NCBI GenBank assembly: GCA_963730185.1
Contig: CAVSQW010000015.1
Location: 384,001-448,000, forward strand
Direction: 5' to 3'
DNA: 64,000 nucleotides
Source: an uncultured Gemmatimonadales bacterium
GTDB taxonomy: Bacteria; Gemmatimonadota; Gemmatimonadetes; Gemmatimonadales; GWC2-71-9
The translations under genes were made by a program, and so were the position numbers. Under the pieces are notes generated by a model. That model ran no database searches. It saw only the letters and a list, made by a program, of their open reading frames with translations, and was not told where the DNA came from. This document shows positions 18,598-27,733 of the stretch, piece after piece; position 1 is the stretch's first letter; each line of letters opens with the position of its first letter.

Positions 18598-20661
18598 ATG
18601 ACCCGTCGTTGGCTGGTCGCGGCGTTGTTGGGTGTCGCGGCGTGCTCGTCCGCCCCCCGCGGGGCAGAGATTCTCTGGGACACCTGGGGCGTTCCCCACA
18701 TTTACGCCGGCAGCGACACCGCGGCGTTCCGAGCCTACGGCTATGCCCAGATGCAGAGCCACGGCGACCTGATCCTCAAACTCTATGGTGAGGCCCGCGG
18801 GCGAGGCGCGGAGTACTGGGGGCCGAGCGCGCTCGAGCTCGACCGCTATGTCCGCACGATGGGGATCCCGGCTCGAGCGCAGCAGTGGCTCGACGCCCAG
18901 ACCCCGGCCTTCCGGGCCGATCTCGAGGCCTTCGCCGCCGGGATGAACCAGTTCGCCGAGGAGCACGGCGACCAGCTGGCGGCTGAGCGGAAGGTGGTGC
19001 TGCCGATCTCGGCCGTCGACGTGATGGCCCACACGCAGCTGGTGACCCACTTCACGTTCGTGTACGGGCAGGAGCGCCTGATCCGCGCCTTCCAGGGAGA
19101 GACAGGTTCCAACATGTGGGCGGTCGCGCCGAGCCACTCGGCCAGCGGGCACGCCATGTTGCTGATGAATCCCCATCTGGCCTGGAGCGGCCTCCAGCTC
19201 TTTTACGAAGGGCAGATCACGGCGCCCGGGCTCGATTTCTACGGCGTCTCACTGGTCGGCTTCCCGGTGGCCGCGATCGGGTTCAACGACGACATCGGGT
19301 GGTCGCACACGGTGAACACCATCGACGCGGCCGACACCTACCGGCTGGTCAAGGTGGAGGGCGGCTACCGGTGGGACGGCGGGGTCAAGCCGTTCGAGAG
19401 GTCTACCGAGATCATCAAGGTCAAGCAGGCCGATGGGAGCCTGACCGAGGACACCCTGGCGATCACCCGCTCGGTCCATGGTCCGGTCATCGCCGACTCG
19501 GCCAAGGTGGCGATCGCGGTCCGGGTGGCGGGGCTCGATCAGCCGGGCATGCTCCAGGAGTGGTGGGACATGGCTCACGCCAAGAACCTGCCCGAGTTCG
19601 AGGGAATCGTGAAGCGGCTCCAGATCCCGATGTTCAACATCATGTACGCCGGGCGCGACGGACACATCTACTACCTCTTCGGCGGCCGGGTGCCGGAGCG
19701 CTCCCACGGCGACGTGGCCTACTGGGACGGGACGGTCCCGGGCGACTCCTCGGCGGATCTCTGGACGACGACGCTGCCGTACGAGAAGCTGCCCCACCTG
19801 ACCGATCCATCGACGGGCTGGCTCCAGAACGCCAACGATCCACCCTGGACGGTCACCATTCCGGCGCCCTTCAACCCCGACAGCTTCCCGGCCTATCTCT
19901 CGCCCCGGAACATGGCGTTCCGGCCCCAGCGCTCGGCCCACATGCTGCTGGCGGACTCGAGCATCACGTTCGAGGAGATGGAGGCCTACAAGCACTCGAC
20001 CCGGATGGAGCTGGCCGACCGGATCCTCGACGAGCTCGTCGCCGACGCCCGGAAGACCGGCACGCCCGAGGCCAAGGCGGCGGCCGACGTGCTCGTGAAG
20101 TGGGACCGTCAGGCCCAGGCCGAGAGCCGGGGGGCCGTGCTCTTTTACGTCTGGACCCAGAACCTGGTGGGCCTGGCCCGGGGCCCGGGCGACGTCTTCG
20201 CCGATCCCTGGCGGCTCGATTCGGCGACCACCACCCCGCACGGGTTAGGCAACCCGACCCTTGCGGTCCGGGCCCTGGACCAGGCCGCCCGGATGGTGGA
20301 GAAGAACTGGGGCGCGCTGGACGTGCCCTGGGGCGACGTGATGCGAGCCCGGTACGGCGGCCGCGACCTGGCCGGCAACGGCGCCCCCGGCGACCCGCTC
20401 GGCGTCTTCCGGACGGCCTACTACGTGCCCGACCAGGACGGGAAGTTCCGGGTGGTGGCGGGTGACACCTTCTACGGGATCGTGGAATTCGGGACGCCGC
20501 TGCGGGCCCGGGTGCTCACGGCGTACGGGAACTCGACCCAGCCCGGCAGCAAGCACCTGGGCGACCAGCTCGACCTCTGGGCCAAGCAGCAGCTCCGCGA
20601 CGTCTGGCGGACCCGGGCGGAGGTGGAGGCACACCTCGAGTCCGAGGTGAAGGTGCAATAG
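18598..20661 (+). CDS. Penicillin acylase / AHL-acylase family Ntn hydrolase (peptidase S45), lipoprotein
   Basis: EILWDTWGVPHIYA, autoprocessing G-SNMWAV, NPHLAW, QNAN; lipobox VAAC. Confidence 0.92.
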   Translation: MTRRWLVAALLGVAACSSAPRGAEILWDTWGVPHIYAGSDTAAFRAYGYAQMQSHGDLILKLYGEARGRGAEYWGPSALELDRYVRTMGIPARAQQWLDAQTPAFRADLEAFAAGMNQFAEEHGDQLAAERKVVLPISAVDVMAHTQLVTHFTFVYGQERLIRAFQGETGSNMWAVAPSHSASGHAMLLMNPHLAWSGLQLFYEGQITAPGLDFYGVSLVGFPVAAIGFNDDIGWSHTVNTIDAADTYRLVKVEGGYRWDGGVKPFERSTEIIKVKQADGSLTEDTLAITRSVHGPVIADSAKVAIAVRVAGLDQPGMLQEWWDMAHAKNLPEFEGIVKRLQIPMFNIMYAGRDGHIYYLFGGRVPERSHGDVAYWDGTVPGDSSADLWTTTLPYEKLPHLTDPSTGWLQNANDPPWTVTIPAPFNPDSFPAYLSPRNMAFRPQRSAHMLLADSSITFEEMEAYKHSTRMELADRILDELVADARKTGTPEAKAAADVLVKWDRQAQAESRGAVLFYVWTQNLVGLARGPGDVFADPWRLDSATTTPHGLGNPTLAVRALDQAARMVEKNWGALDVPWGDVMRARYGGRDLAGNGAPGDPLGVFRTAYYVPDQDGKFRVVAGDTFYGIVEFGTPLRARVLTAYGNSTQPGSKHLGDQLDLWAKQQLRDVWRTRAEVEAHLESEVKVQ

Positions 20662-20711
20662 GCACGGCGCGGGGTACGGGCACACCAATTCTCCTTCGAT
20701 CGAGGACGGGC

Positions 20712-22346
20712 ATGCGCGGCTTGATGATGGACTACCCGCTCACCGTCGGCACGCTGCTGGAGCGCGCCCGAGTGCTGCACGGTCGCCGGCCGATCGTCAG
20801 CCGGACGCCGACCGGCATTCACCGGTATACCTATGCCGACTACGTCGCCCGGGTGGACCGGCTGGCGGGCGCGCTCGCCAAGCTGGGGGTCGGGAAGGGC
20901 GACCGGGTGGCCACGCTCGGCTGGAACAGCTTTCGCCACTACGAGGCGTATTTCGCCGCCCCGTCGATGGGTGCGGTGATCCACACCCTGAACGTCCGTC
21001 TCTTTCCGGAGCAGCTCGTCTACATCGCCAACCATGCCAAGGACAAGGTGGTGTGCGTGGACGCCACGCTGCTGCCGCTCTTCCAGAAGATTCGGCCCGA
21101 GCTCGAGACGATCGAGCACGTGATCGTGATGCCCGACGACGGCAAGCCGGTCGACCCGGCGGTCGGCCTCGACTACGAGGAGCTGCTGGCGGAGGCGCCG
21201 CCCACCTTCGACTACCCGATCGTCGACGAGAACGACGCGGCCGGGATGTGCTACACCTCGGGCACGACCGGCAATCCCAAGGGGGTGCTCTACTCGCACC
21301 GGGCCATCGTGCTCCACACCCTGGCCCAGGTGGCGGCCGACGGGATGGGGCTCAAGAGCGAGGACAACATCCTGGCGATCGTCCCGCTCTTTCACGCCAA
21401 CGCGTGGGGGCTTCCCTACGCGGCGGTCATGACCGGGGCCACCATGGTCTGGCCCGGCCACTTCATGCAGCCCCCGGAGCTGGCCGAGCTGATCGAGCGG
21501 GAACGGGTGACGGTGATCGGGGGAGTGCCGACGATCATTGGGGCCCTCTACCAGTACCTCGTGGCCAACAAGGGCAAGCACGACGTGTCGTCGATCCGCT
21601 CGATCATCGTCGGCGGGGCGGCCTGTCCCCGCTCGCTGATGGAGGGGTTCCACCGGGACTTCGGGGTCTGGATCACCCACGCCTGGGGCATGACGGAAAC
21701 GACCCCGCTCGGTAGCGTCGGCATCCTCAAGCCCCACCTCCGGGAGCTCCCGGAGCCGGAGCAGGTCACCTATCGCCTCAAGCAGGGCATGCCGGCGCCG
21801 TTCGTGGACGTTCGGATCGTGGGCGAGGACGGGACGCCGCTCCCCTGGGACGGGGTGGCCTTCGGTGAGCTCCAGGTTCGCGGCCCCTGGATCGTCAGCG
21901 CCTATTACGACGATCCCCGGAATCCGGAATGCTTCCAGGACGGGTGGTTCAAGACCGGTGACGTGGCGACGATCGATCCCGAGGGCTATCTCCAGCTCGT
22001 GGACCGGACCAAGGACGTGGTCAAGAGCGGCGGCGAGTGGATCTCCAGCGTGGATCTGGAGAACGCCATCATGATGCACCCGGGCGTGCTGGAGGCGGCG
22101 GTGATCGGCCTGCCACATCCCAAGTGGCAAGAGCGGCCGCTGGCCTGCGTGGTGCCGAAGCCGGAGGCGAAGGACACCCTGACCGCCGAGGCGGTCCTCG
22201 ACACGATCAGGGACAAGTTCGCCGCGTGGTGGCTCCCGAGCGGAGTGGAGTTCATCGACGCCATCCCGAAGACCAGCGTCGGCAAGTTCGACAAGAAGGT
22301 GCTGCGGAAGCGGTTCGAGGGCTATGCCTGGCGTGGTAGTAAGTAG
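20712..22346 (+). CDS. Medium/long-chain acyl-CoA ligase (AlkK/DmdB-like subfamily)
   Basis: YTSGTTGNPKGVLYSHR, VPLFHANAWG, HAWGMTET, GWFKTGD, DRTKDVVKSGGEWISS, PKTSVGKFDK. Confidence 0.92.
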   Translation: MRGLMMDYPLTVGTLLERARVLHGRRPIVSRTPTGIHRYTYADYVARVDRLAGALAKLGVGKGDRVATLGWNSFRHYEAYFAAPSMGAVIHTLNVRLFPEQLVYIANHAKDKVVCVDATLLPLFQKIRPELETIEHVIVMPDDGKPVDPAVGLDYEELLAEAPPTFDYPIVDENDAAGMCYTSGTTGNPKGVLYSHRAIVLHTLAQVAADGMGLKSEDNILAIVPLFHANAWGLPYAAVMTGATMVWPGHFMQPPELAELIERERVTVIGGVPTIIGALYQYLVANKGKHDVSSIRSIIVGGAACPRSLMEGFHRDFGVWITHAWGMTETTPLGSVGILKPHLRELPEPEQVTYRLKQGMPAPFVDVRIVGEDGTPLPWDGVAFGELQVRGPWIVSAYYDDPRNPECFQDGWFKTGDVATIDPEGYLQLVDRTKDVVKSGGEWISSVDLENAIMMHPGVLEAAVIGLPHPKWQERPLACVVPKPEAKDTLTAEAVLDTIRDKFAAWWLPSGVEFIDAIPKTSVGKFDKKVLRKRFEGYAWRGSK

Positions 22347-22545
22347 CGGGTAGTGACTGGGGAATGGGGCGTGAATAGGGAGTTGTGAGTAGGGGACCGG
22401 GGGTTGGTCTGAGGGCCGCGGGGGCCAGGAGCCAAACTGGAAGCCCCTATTCACAACCGCCTACTCACACCCTATTCACCATTCCCGAGTCCCTACTCCC
22501 TACCGCCAACTCCCTCCCTACTCCCAACTCCCAACTCACTACTCC
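22347..22545. repeat. Convergent heptamer repeat arrays forming a long imperfect inverted repeat
   Basis: gggaatgg..gtgaataggg..tgtgagtagg (22360-22393) pairs with cctactcaca/ccctattcac/cattccc (22460-22486); (CTCCC[T/A]A)n at 22491-22547 is the reverse complement of the 1304-1374 heptamer. Confidence 0.8.
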
Positions 22546-23334
22546 CTAATATATTGGCGGGGTGACCGGCCGACGGGTGAAGAAGCGGCCCCGCTCGGCC
22601 ACCAGGATCACCGCGGCGGCGATGGCGAAGCCGAGGGCGGTGTCGTTGAACGACGAGTGGAGCGCGTCGCCCCCGTGGTTGGCCATCAGGTGGGTCAGAA
22701 TCGCCAGCAGGAGGCTGCCCCCCGAGCGCAGCTGATGCCAGGTCATGAACATCGACACGCTCACCGCTCCCAGAAAGAACATCGGAAGGTTCATCTGGCT
22801 CTGCGGCATGCCCGGGAAGTAGAACGCCGGGACGTGCCAGATTGCCCAGATCAGGCCCAGGATCAGGGTCGCCACGAACGGTGAGAACCGTTCCAGGAGG
22901 CGGGGCAGGGCGTAGCCCCGCCAACCGAACTCCTCGCCCAGTGGGCCCGGATCGAGCACCAATCCCAGGCCGGCCGCGGTGACGGCGGCGCCCACGCCCT
23001 CGAAGGTGATGGGGTGGCCGAGGAGCAGCATGCCGAGCCCCGTGAGGGCCGGTATCCCCAGCAGGACGACGGCCCACCAGATCGGATGGAAGCGACGGGG
23101 GTCGAGCCGGGCCAAGAGCCGGGCGAGTCCGCTCCGTCCCTCGAGCGTCGCGGTGAGGCCGATCGAGGTGAGGCTCGGCGTGTACACCGCTAGGATGATC
23201 CAGGGGTTGGTGAGCGAGACCTCGCCGAGGAGCCGGCGCCCGAGCTCGGGCGCCAGAATCGAGAGCCCGGCGATCGACCAGGTGAAGGCGAAGACGATCG
23301 CGAAGAAGAGGAGGAGCTGGCGAGGGCGGCTCAC
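22546..23334 (-). CDS. CPBP (CAAX protease II / Abi) family intramembrane metalloprotease
   Basis: GEEFGWRGY, IWAIWH and ILTHLMAN motifs; multiple TM segments. Confidence 0.88.
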   Translation of the reverse strand: MSRPRQLLLFFAIVFAFTWSIAGLSILAPELGRRLLGEVSLTNPWIILAVYTPSLTSIGLTATLEGRSGLARLLARLDPRRFHPIWWAVVLLGIPALTGLGMLLLGHPITFEGVGAAVTAAGLGLVLDPGPLGEEFGWRGYALPRLLERFSPFVATLILGLIWAIWHVPAFYFPGMPQSQMNLPMFFLGAVSVSMFMTWHQLRSGGSLLLAILTHLMANHGGDALHSSFNDTALGFAIAAAVILVAERGRFFTRRPVTPPIY

Positions 23335-23343
23335 CGCGTTCTC

Positions 23344-25187
23344 CTAGGGCCGGGGGACGACCGGGAGGTCGATGAACGACGCCAGCGCGTTGCCTCCCCG
23401 GTGCACGGTCCAGGTCACCTCGCCCTGGGCGGGAATCCGGAGGAAGGTGTCCTTGTCGGCGCCGGCCAGCGCCAGCCGGATCCGATGACCCTTCCGGAAC
23501 AGGACGGAGGTCGGCAGCAGCTGGAACTGGAGCTTCGCCACCTTGCCTGGCACCAGGGGCTGCCCGTCCGCCTTCAGGAACGAGTGGTAGGGATAGTTGA
23601 TCCGGTAGGGTGGGGTGGCGGTCGAGACCTTCCGCATCAGCCCGCGGAGCATCCCCTCGGTCACGTAGGTGACCCGGCCGTCCGGCGCCACGTCCTCGAG
23701 GTAGACGATGAAGCTGCCGTCGGTCGCGGTCGACCCAACCTGGAGGGTCATCAGGCCCTGTCCGGTCACCTCGAGATCCGCCGGCAGGGGTTGCGAGGTG
23801 TAGGTCAGAAGGTGCTGGTCCGCGTCGGTCCGTTCGGGGTACACGACGTCGCCTCCCCCAACTGGGTGAACCAGCGGTTCTGCCGCCCGGTGGTGGCCTC
23901 GAAGTCGACCTGGTAGCGATCGGTCCCGGCCGCCGGGCGGCTGGTGTCGAGCCGATGATCGGCGCTGAGGTAGAAGCGGCGCATGGTGGTGCCGGCAATC
24001 GGCCAGGTGCTGGTCTTCTTCCAGACGTCCTCGCCCAGAGTGTAGTAGATCAGCGCGTGGGGGTTCGCCATGCCCTCGTCGGCGCCCTTCAGATACTGGT
24101 CGAAGAAGCAGGTAGCCTGATCGAGCTGTCGCGCCGAGCTGGGCTCGGTGGGCTTGTCGGCGGGGAAGAAGGGGCTGGCATGGTGGCCGCCGCCGTGGCT
24201 CCACGGGCCGACGACCACCAGCTGCGGGTTGGACCAGTTCATGAACCGGTTCAGGACGCCCTGGGAGGTGCCGGCGTCGAGCCAGCTGGCCCAGCCGAAG
24301 ATCGGGACGCCCGACTTCTCGACCTCCGCCCGATAGCGGTAGGTGCCCGACTGGTCGTTGGTGGCGCCGCCGAAGGCGGGGACCACGTCGTCGCGGTAGA
24401 CGATCCCGGCCATGCTGGCACCGAGCGGCGGGTTCTTCTGGTGATCCTGGACGGCGGCACCGAGGAGTACCTCGTCGCCGTCGCCGTCCACGGGGCGGAC
24501 CCCGCGTGGCGGCTCGCCCCGCTTGTCGTTCATGTCCATGCCGTGGACCATCTCACCCCAGTCGTGGATGATCATCTCGTTCACGAGGCCGCCGGGATAG
24601 ATCAGGTCGGCGTACGCGTCGAAGTCCATGAACCGGGGCACCACGGCCTTGACCGCCGGCCGGTTGGTGGCCGCGACCAGCTGGGCCGTGTTGCCGGTGT
24701 ACGAGGTCCCGATCGAGCCGACCTGCCCGTCGGACCAGGACTGCCCGGCGATCCAGTCCACCAGTCCGCCCAGGTCCTTGACCTCCTGCGGCGACCAGGG
24801 GTAGTACCACTGGCCGAACGAGGCCCCGGTTCCGCGGACGTCGGCGAACACGAAGGCGTAGCCGTGCCGGATCCAGTAGGTCTCGTTCGGGCCGATCGGC
24901 TGCCCGTCCGCCGCCCGCCAGTAGCGGGTCGAGACCAGAATGGTCGGGAGCCGGGTGCCGGCGGCGAGGCCCTGAGGCAGGAAGACGTCGGCGGCGAGCC
25001 GGGTGCCGTCGGGCATGGGCACATAGAGGGAGTGGCGCTCGACCTCGGCGGCGGCCGCGGTGACCGGGGCGGAGCAGGTCCCGAGCGGAGCGGCCTGCTG
25101 CGCCGCCAGGGGAGCGCCCAGCGTCAGGGCGAGGAGCGCCGCCGTCGAGAGGGCGCGGGGAAGCCAGCGGGGGCGATGTCGAGTCAT
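23344..25187 (-). CDS. Secreted CocE/NonD (S15) serine hydrolase; one apparent frameshift at about 23857
   Basis: YVPMPDGTRLAADV, DVRGTGASFG, GTSYTG, GPWSHG, C-terminal jelly-roll FRKGHRIRL. One extra G in the G5 run (C5 on + at 23855-23859) restores TQLGGGDVVYP. Confidence 0.85.
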
Positions 25188-25207
25188 GTCGGTTTCTCCG
25201 TAGGTGC

Positions 25208-26002
25208 CTAACGTCCCTGCCACCGGGGCTGGCGCTTCTCCACGAACGCCCGCACGCCTTCCGCGATGTCGTCGCTGGCCATGCAGGCCATCATCCCGTC
25301 GATCTCGTACTGGAGCATGCTCTCGAGGTCCACGTCCCAGGTCCGGTGGAGGAGCTTCTTGATGAGCCGGACCGAGATCGGAGCGTTGCCGGCGATGGTC
25401 TCGGCCACCGCAAAGGCGCGGTCGAGGAGCGCGTCGGCCGGGGCCAGCTCGGTCAGGAAGCCGGCCTCGAGCAGGCGGACCGCGTCGACCTGCTCCGCGG
25501 TCAGCAGCCACTGGGCCGCCCGGCCGTGACCGACGATCCGGGGCAGGAAGTGGAGCACGCCGTTGGTCTGGAAGAGGCCACGTTTGGCCTCGGACAGGAG
25601 GAGGGTGGTGGTGTCGGTGCCGATCCGCACGTCGGCCGCGATCGCCAGCTCGGCCCCCACCCCCACCGCGATCCCGTTGATTGCGGCGACGAAGATGGTG
25701 GGAAGCTCCACCATCCGCCGGGTCAGGTCCTGAAAGAGATGGAGCTGGCGATGGGCCTCGCGGACCGACCGGTCGGCGGCGGCCGTGGTGCTCATCTCCT
25801 TCAAGTCCGCGCCGGCCGAGAAAGCCCGGCCGGTCCCGGTCAGCACCACCGCGCGGATCGCGGGCTGGCCTGCCAGGTCGACCAGAACCTGGTGGAGCCG
25901 GGCCAAGCTGGCCCGGTCCAGGGCGTTGAGGCGCTCCGGCCGGTTGAAGGTCAGGAGCGCGGTGTGCTCGGTCCGCCGCTCGAACAGCACGGTATCGGCC
26001 AT
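25208..26002 (-). CDS. Enoyl-CoA hydratase/isomerase (crotonase) family
   Basis: FNRPERLNAL, AFSAGADLKE, AAINGIAVGVGAELA, EGVRAFVEKRQP. Confidence 0.9.
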   Translation of the reverse strand: MADTVLFERRTEHTALLTFNRPERLNALDRASLARLHQVLVDLAGQPAIRAVVLTGTGRAFSAGADLKEMSTTAAADRSVREAHRQLHLFQDLTRRMVELPTIFVAAINGIAVGVGAELAIAADVRIGTDTTTLLLSEAKRGLFQTNGVLHFLPRIVGHGRAAQWLLTAEQVDAVRLLEAGFLTELAPADALLDRAFAVAETIAGNAPISVRLIKKLLHRTWDVDLESMLQYEIDGMMACMASDDIAEGVRAFVEKRQPRWQGR

Positions 26003-26003
26003 G

Positions 26004-27596
26004 TCAGATCCAGGCTCCAGTGACGGCGTCGTAGGCGCCGGCGGGTTCGCGGGACAGCCGGTGCTTCTCCACCCGCTGGCTCGGCGTGAGCGGCAGCGCG
26101 GCGGCATAGGCCAGGTAGCGGGGCACCTTGAACGGGGCCAGGCGGCTCCGGCAGTGGGCCAGCAGCGCCTCGGGCGGCGCCGTGTCGGGCCCGGCGCCCT
26201 CGACGAGCTGTACGAACGCCTTGACCTCCTCGCCGCGGATCTCGTCCGGCGCGGGGACGCACGCCGCCAGGCGCACCGCCGGATGCTCGGCCAGGACCGC
26301 CTCGACCTCGGCGGCGGCGATGTTCTCGCCGCCCCGGCGGATCATCTCCTTGAGCCGGCCCACGATTCTGAAATAGCCCCGCTCGTCCTCTACCACCAGG
26401 TCGCCGGTGTGGGCCCAGCCACCCGCCCGCCAGGCTTCGGTCGCCTCCGGGTTGTTCCAATAGCCGAGCATGGTGCCGGGACCGCGCATCTGGAGCTCAC
26501 CAGTGGCGCCCCGCGCCACCTCCGAACCATCGGGCCCCACCACCCGCGCCTCGCACCCGGGCGCCGGCCGGCCCATGGCCCCGGTGCCGACCGAGACGTC
26601 GTCTTCCAGCGGCACGGTGAGGCAGACCGGCCCGATCTCGGTGGTGCTGTAGGCCTCGCGCCAGGGGCACCCGAACCGGGCCTCGATGGCGTGGTGCTGA
26701 GTCGGCGGGATCGCCGAGCAGACCACGGCCTTGACCCGGTGGCCCCGCTCCAGCGCGGGGTTCGCCGGCTGCTTCAGGAGGACGATCGGAATGGTCCCGA
26801 GACAGTAGAAGAAGGTGACCCCGTTCTCGACCACCGCCGTCCAGAATCCCGAGGCCGAGAAGCGGGGCAGGATCACCAGCGGGATCCGGTGGATCAGGCA
26901 GAGCACCATGTTCCAGGCGGCGTCCATGTAATACCACGGCGTCATGATCATCACCACATCGCCGTCGCCCAGGCCCAGGCCGCGGCTGGCCGAGTCGGCC
27001 AGGCGAAGCCAGTACTCGTGGCTCAGCATGCAGCCTTTCGGGAACCCGGTCGTGCCCGAGGTGTACTGGAGCGTCGCCAGGTCGTCGGGGCCGAGGTCCG
27101 GCTCCGCCGGCCGGTCGGCGGGCGAGCCGTCGTCGAGGGGCGTGGCGGCCGAGGCGGCCGGCACCTCACCGATCAGCGCTACGCTCTCGAGGGCGGGGCA
27201 GTCGGGCCGCGCCGCACCGACCACGGCCAGGTGCTCGGCGTCGGTGACGAGGAGCCGGGCACCCGAATCCGCCAGGACGAACGCCAGGTCCCGCCGCTGG
27301 TACGAGGTGTTGCAGGGCACGACCACCCCGCCCAGCCGGACGACCGCCAGCCAAACCAGGGGATAGTCCAGCCCGTTCGGGAGCATGATCGCCACCCGGT
27401 CGCCGCGGCCGACGCCCCGTGCCGCCAAGCGGGCCGCGAGCGTCCGGCTCCGGCGCTCCACGTCGCCGACGGTAAGCGACCGGCCCTCGAACCGGAGCAG
27501 CTCGCGCTCGGCGCCCTCCACCGAGCGGTCGCGGAGCAGGGCCGCGAGGCTCGGGGCGGGGAGGGGCGGTGCCGGGCTGGTGGGGCCGTGGGTCAT
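26004..27596 (-). CDS. ATP-dependent acyl-CoA ligase (CaiC-like)
   Basis: YTSGTTGFPKG, RFSASGFW, EAYSTTE, GWAHTGD, GRLKEMIRRGGENI, LPLTPSQRVEK. Confidence 0.88.
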   Translation of the reverse strand: MTHGPTSPAPPLPAPSLAALLRDRSVEGAERELLRFEGRSLTVGDVERRSRTLAARLAARGVGRGDRVAIMLPNGLDYPLVWLAVVRLGGVVVPCNTSYQRRDLAFVLADSGARLLVTDAEHLAVVGAARPDCPALESVALIGEVPAASAATPLDDGSPADRPAEPDLGPDDLATLQYTSGTTGFPKGCMLSHEYWLRLADSASRGLGLGDGDVVMIMTPWYYMDAAWNMVLCLIHRIPLVILPRFSASGFWTAVVENGVTFFYCLGTIPIVLLKQPANPALERGHRVKAVVCSAIPPTQHHAIEARFGCPWREAYSTTEIGPVCLTVPLEDDVSVGTGAMGRPAPGCEARVVGPDGSEVARGATGELQMRGPGTMLGYWNNPEATEAWRAGGWAHTGDLVVEDERGYFRIVGRLKEMIRRGGENIAAAEVEAVLAEHPAVRLAACVPAPDEIRGEEVKAFVQLVEGAGPDTAPPEALLAHCRSRLAPFKVPRYLAYAAALPLTPSQRVEKHRLSREPAGAYDAVTGAWI

Positions 27597-27621
27597 GAGA
27601 TCGCGGATGGACGAAAAAAGC

Positions 27622-27699
27622 AACGATCGTTATGTTGGTCGCGTAAATGGTAGATCCGGCGATCCCGGTCTGTCAACCGACCGAGGCTCGCCGTAGATT
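27622..27699. promoter_or_regulatory. Divergent promoter region with palindromic operator
   Basis: Minus strand TTGACA (27676-27671)-N18-TACCAT (27652-27647); perfect palindrome AACGATCGTT 27622-27631 just downstream; plus-strand TAGATT 27694-27699. Confidence 0.6.
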
Positions 27700-27733
27700 C
27701 GCCTCGTCCGAATGTCCCCCCATCGGAGAGCAT

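Noticed and set aside
22546..23334. Abortive-infection defence role for the Abi-family gene
   Set aside because: The motifs are those of CPBP intramembrane proteases; no defence context.
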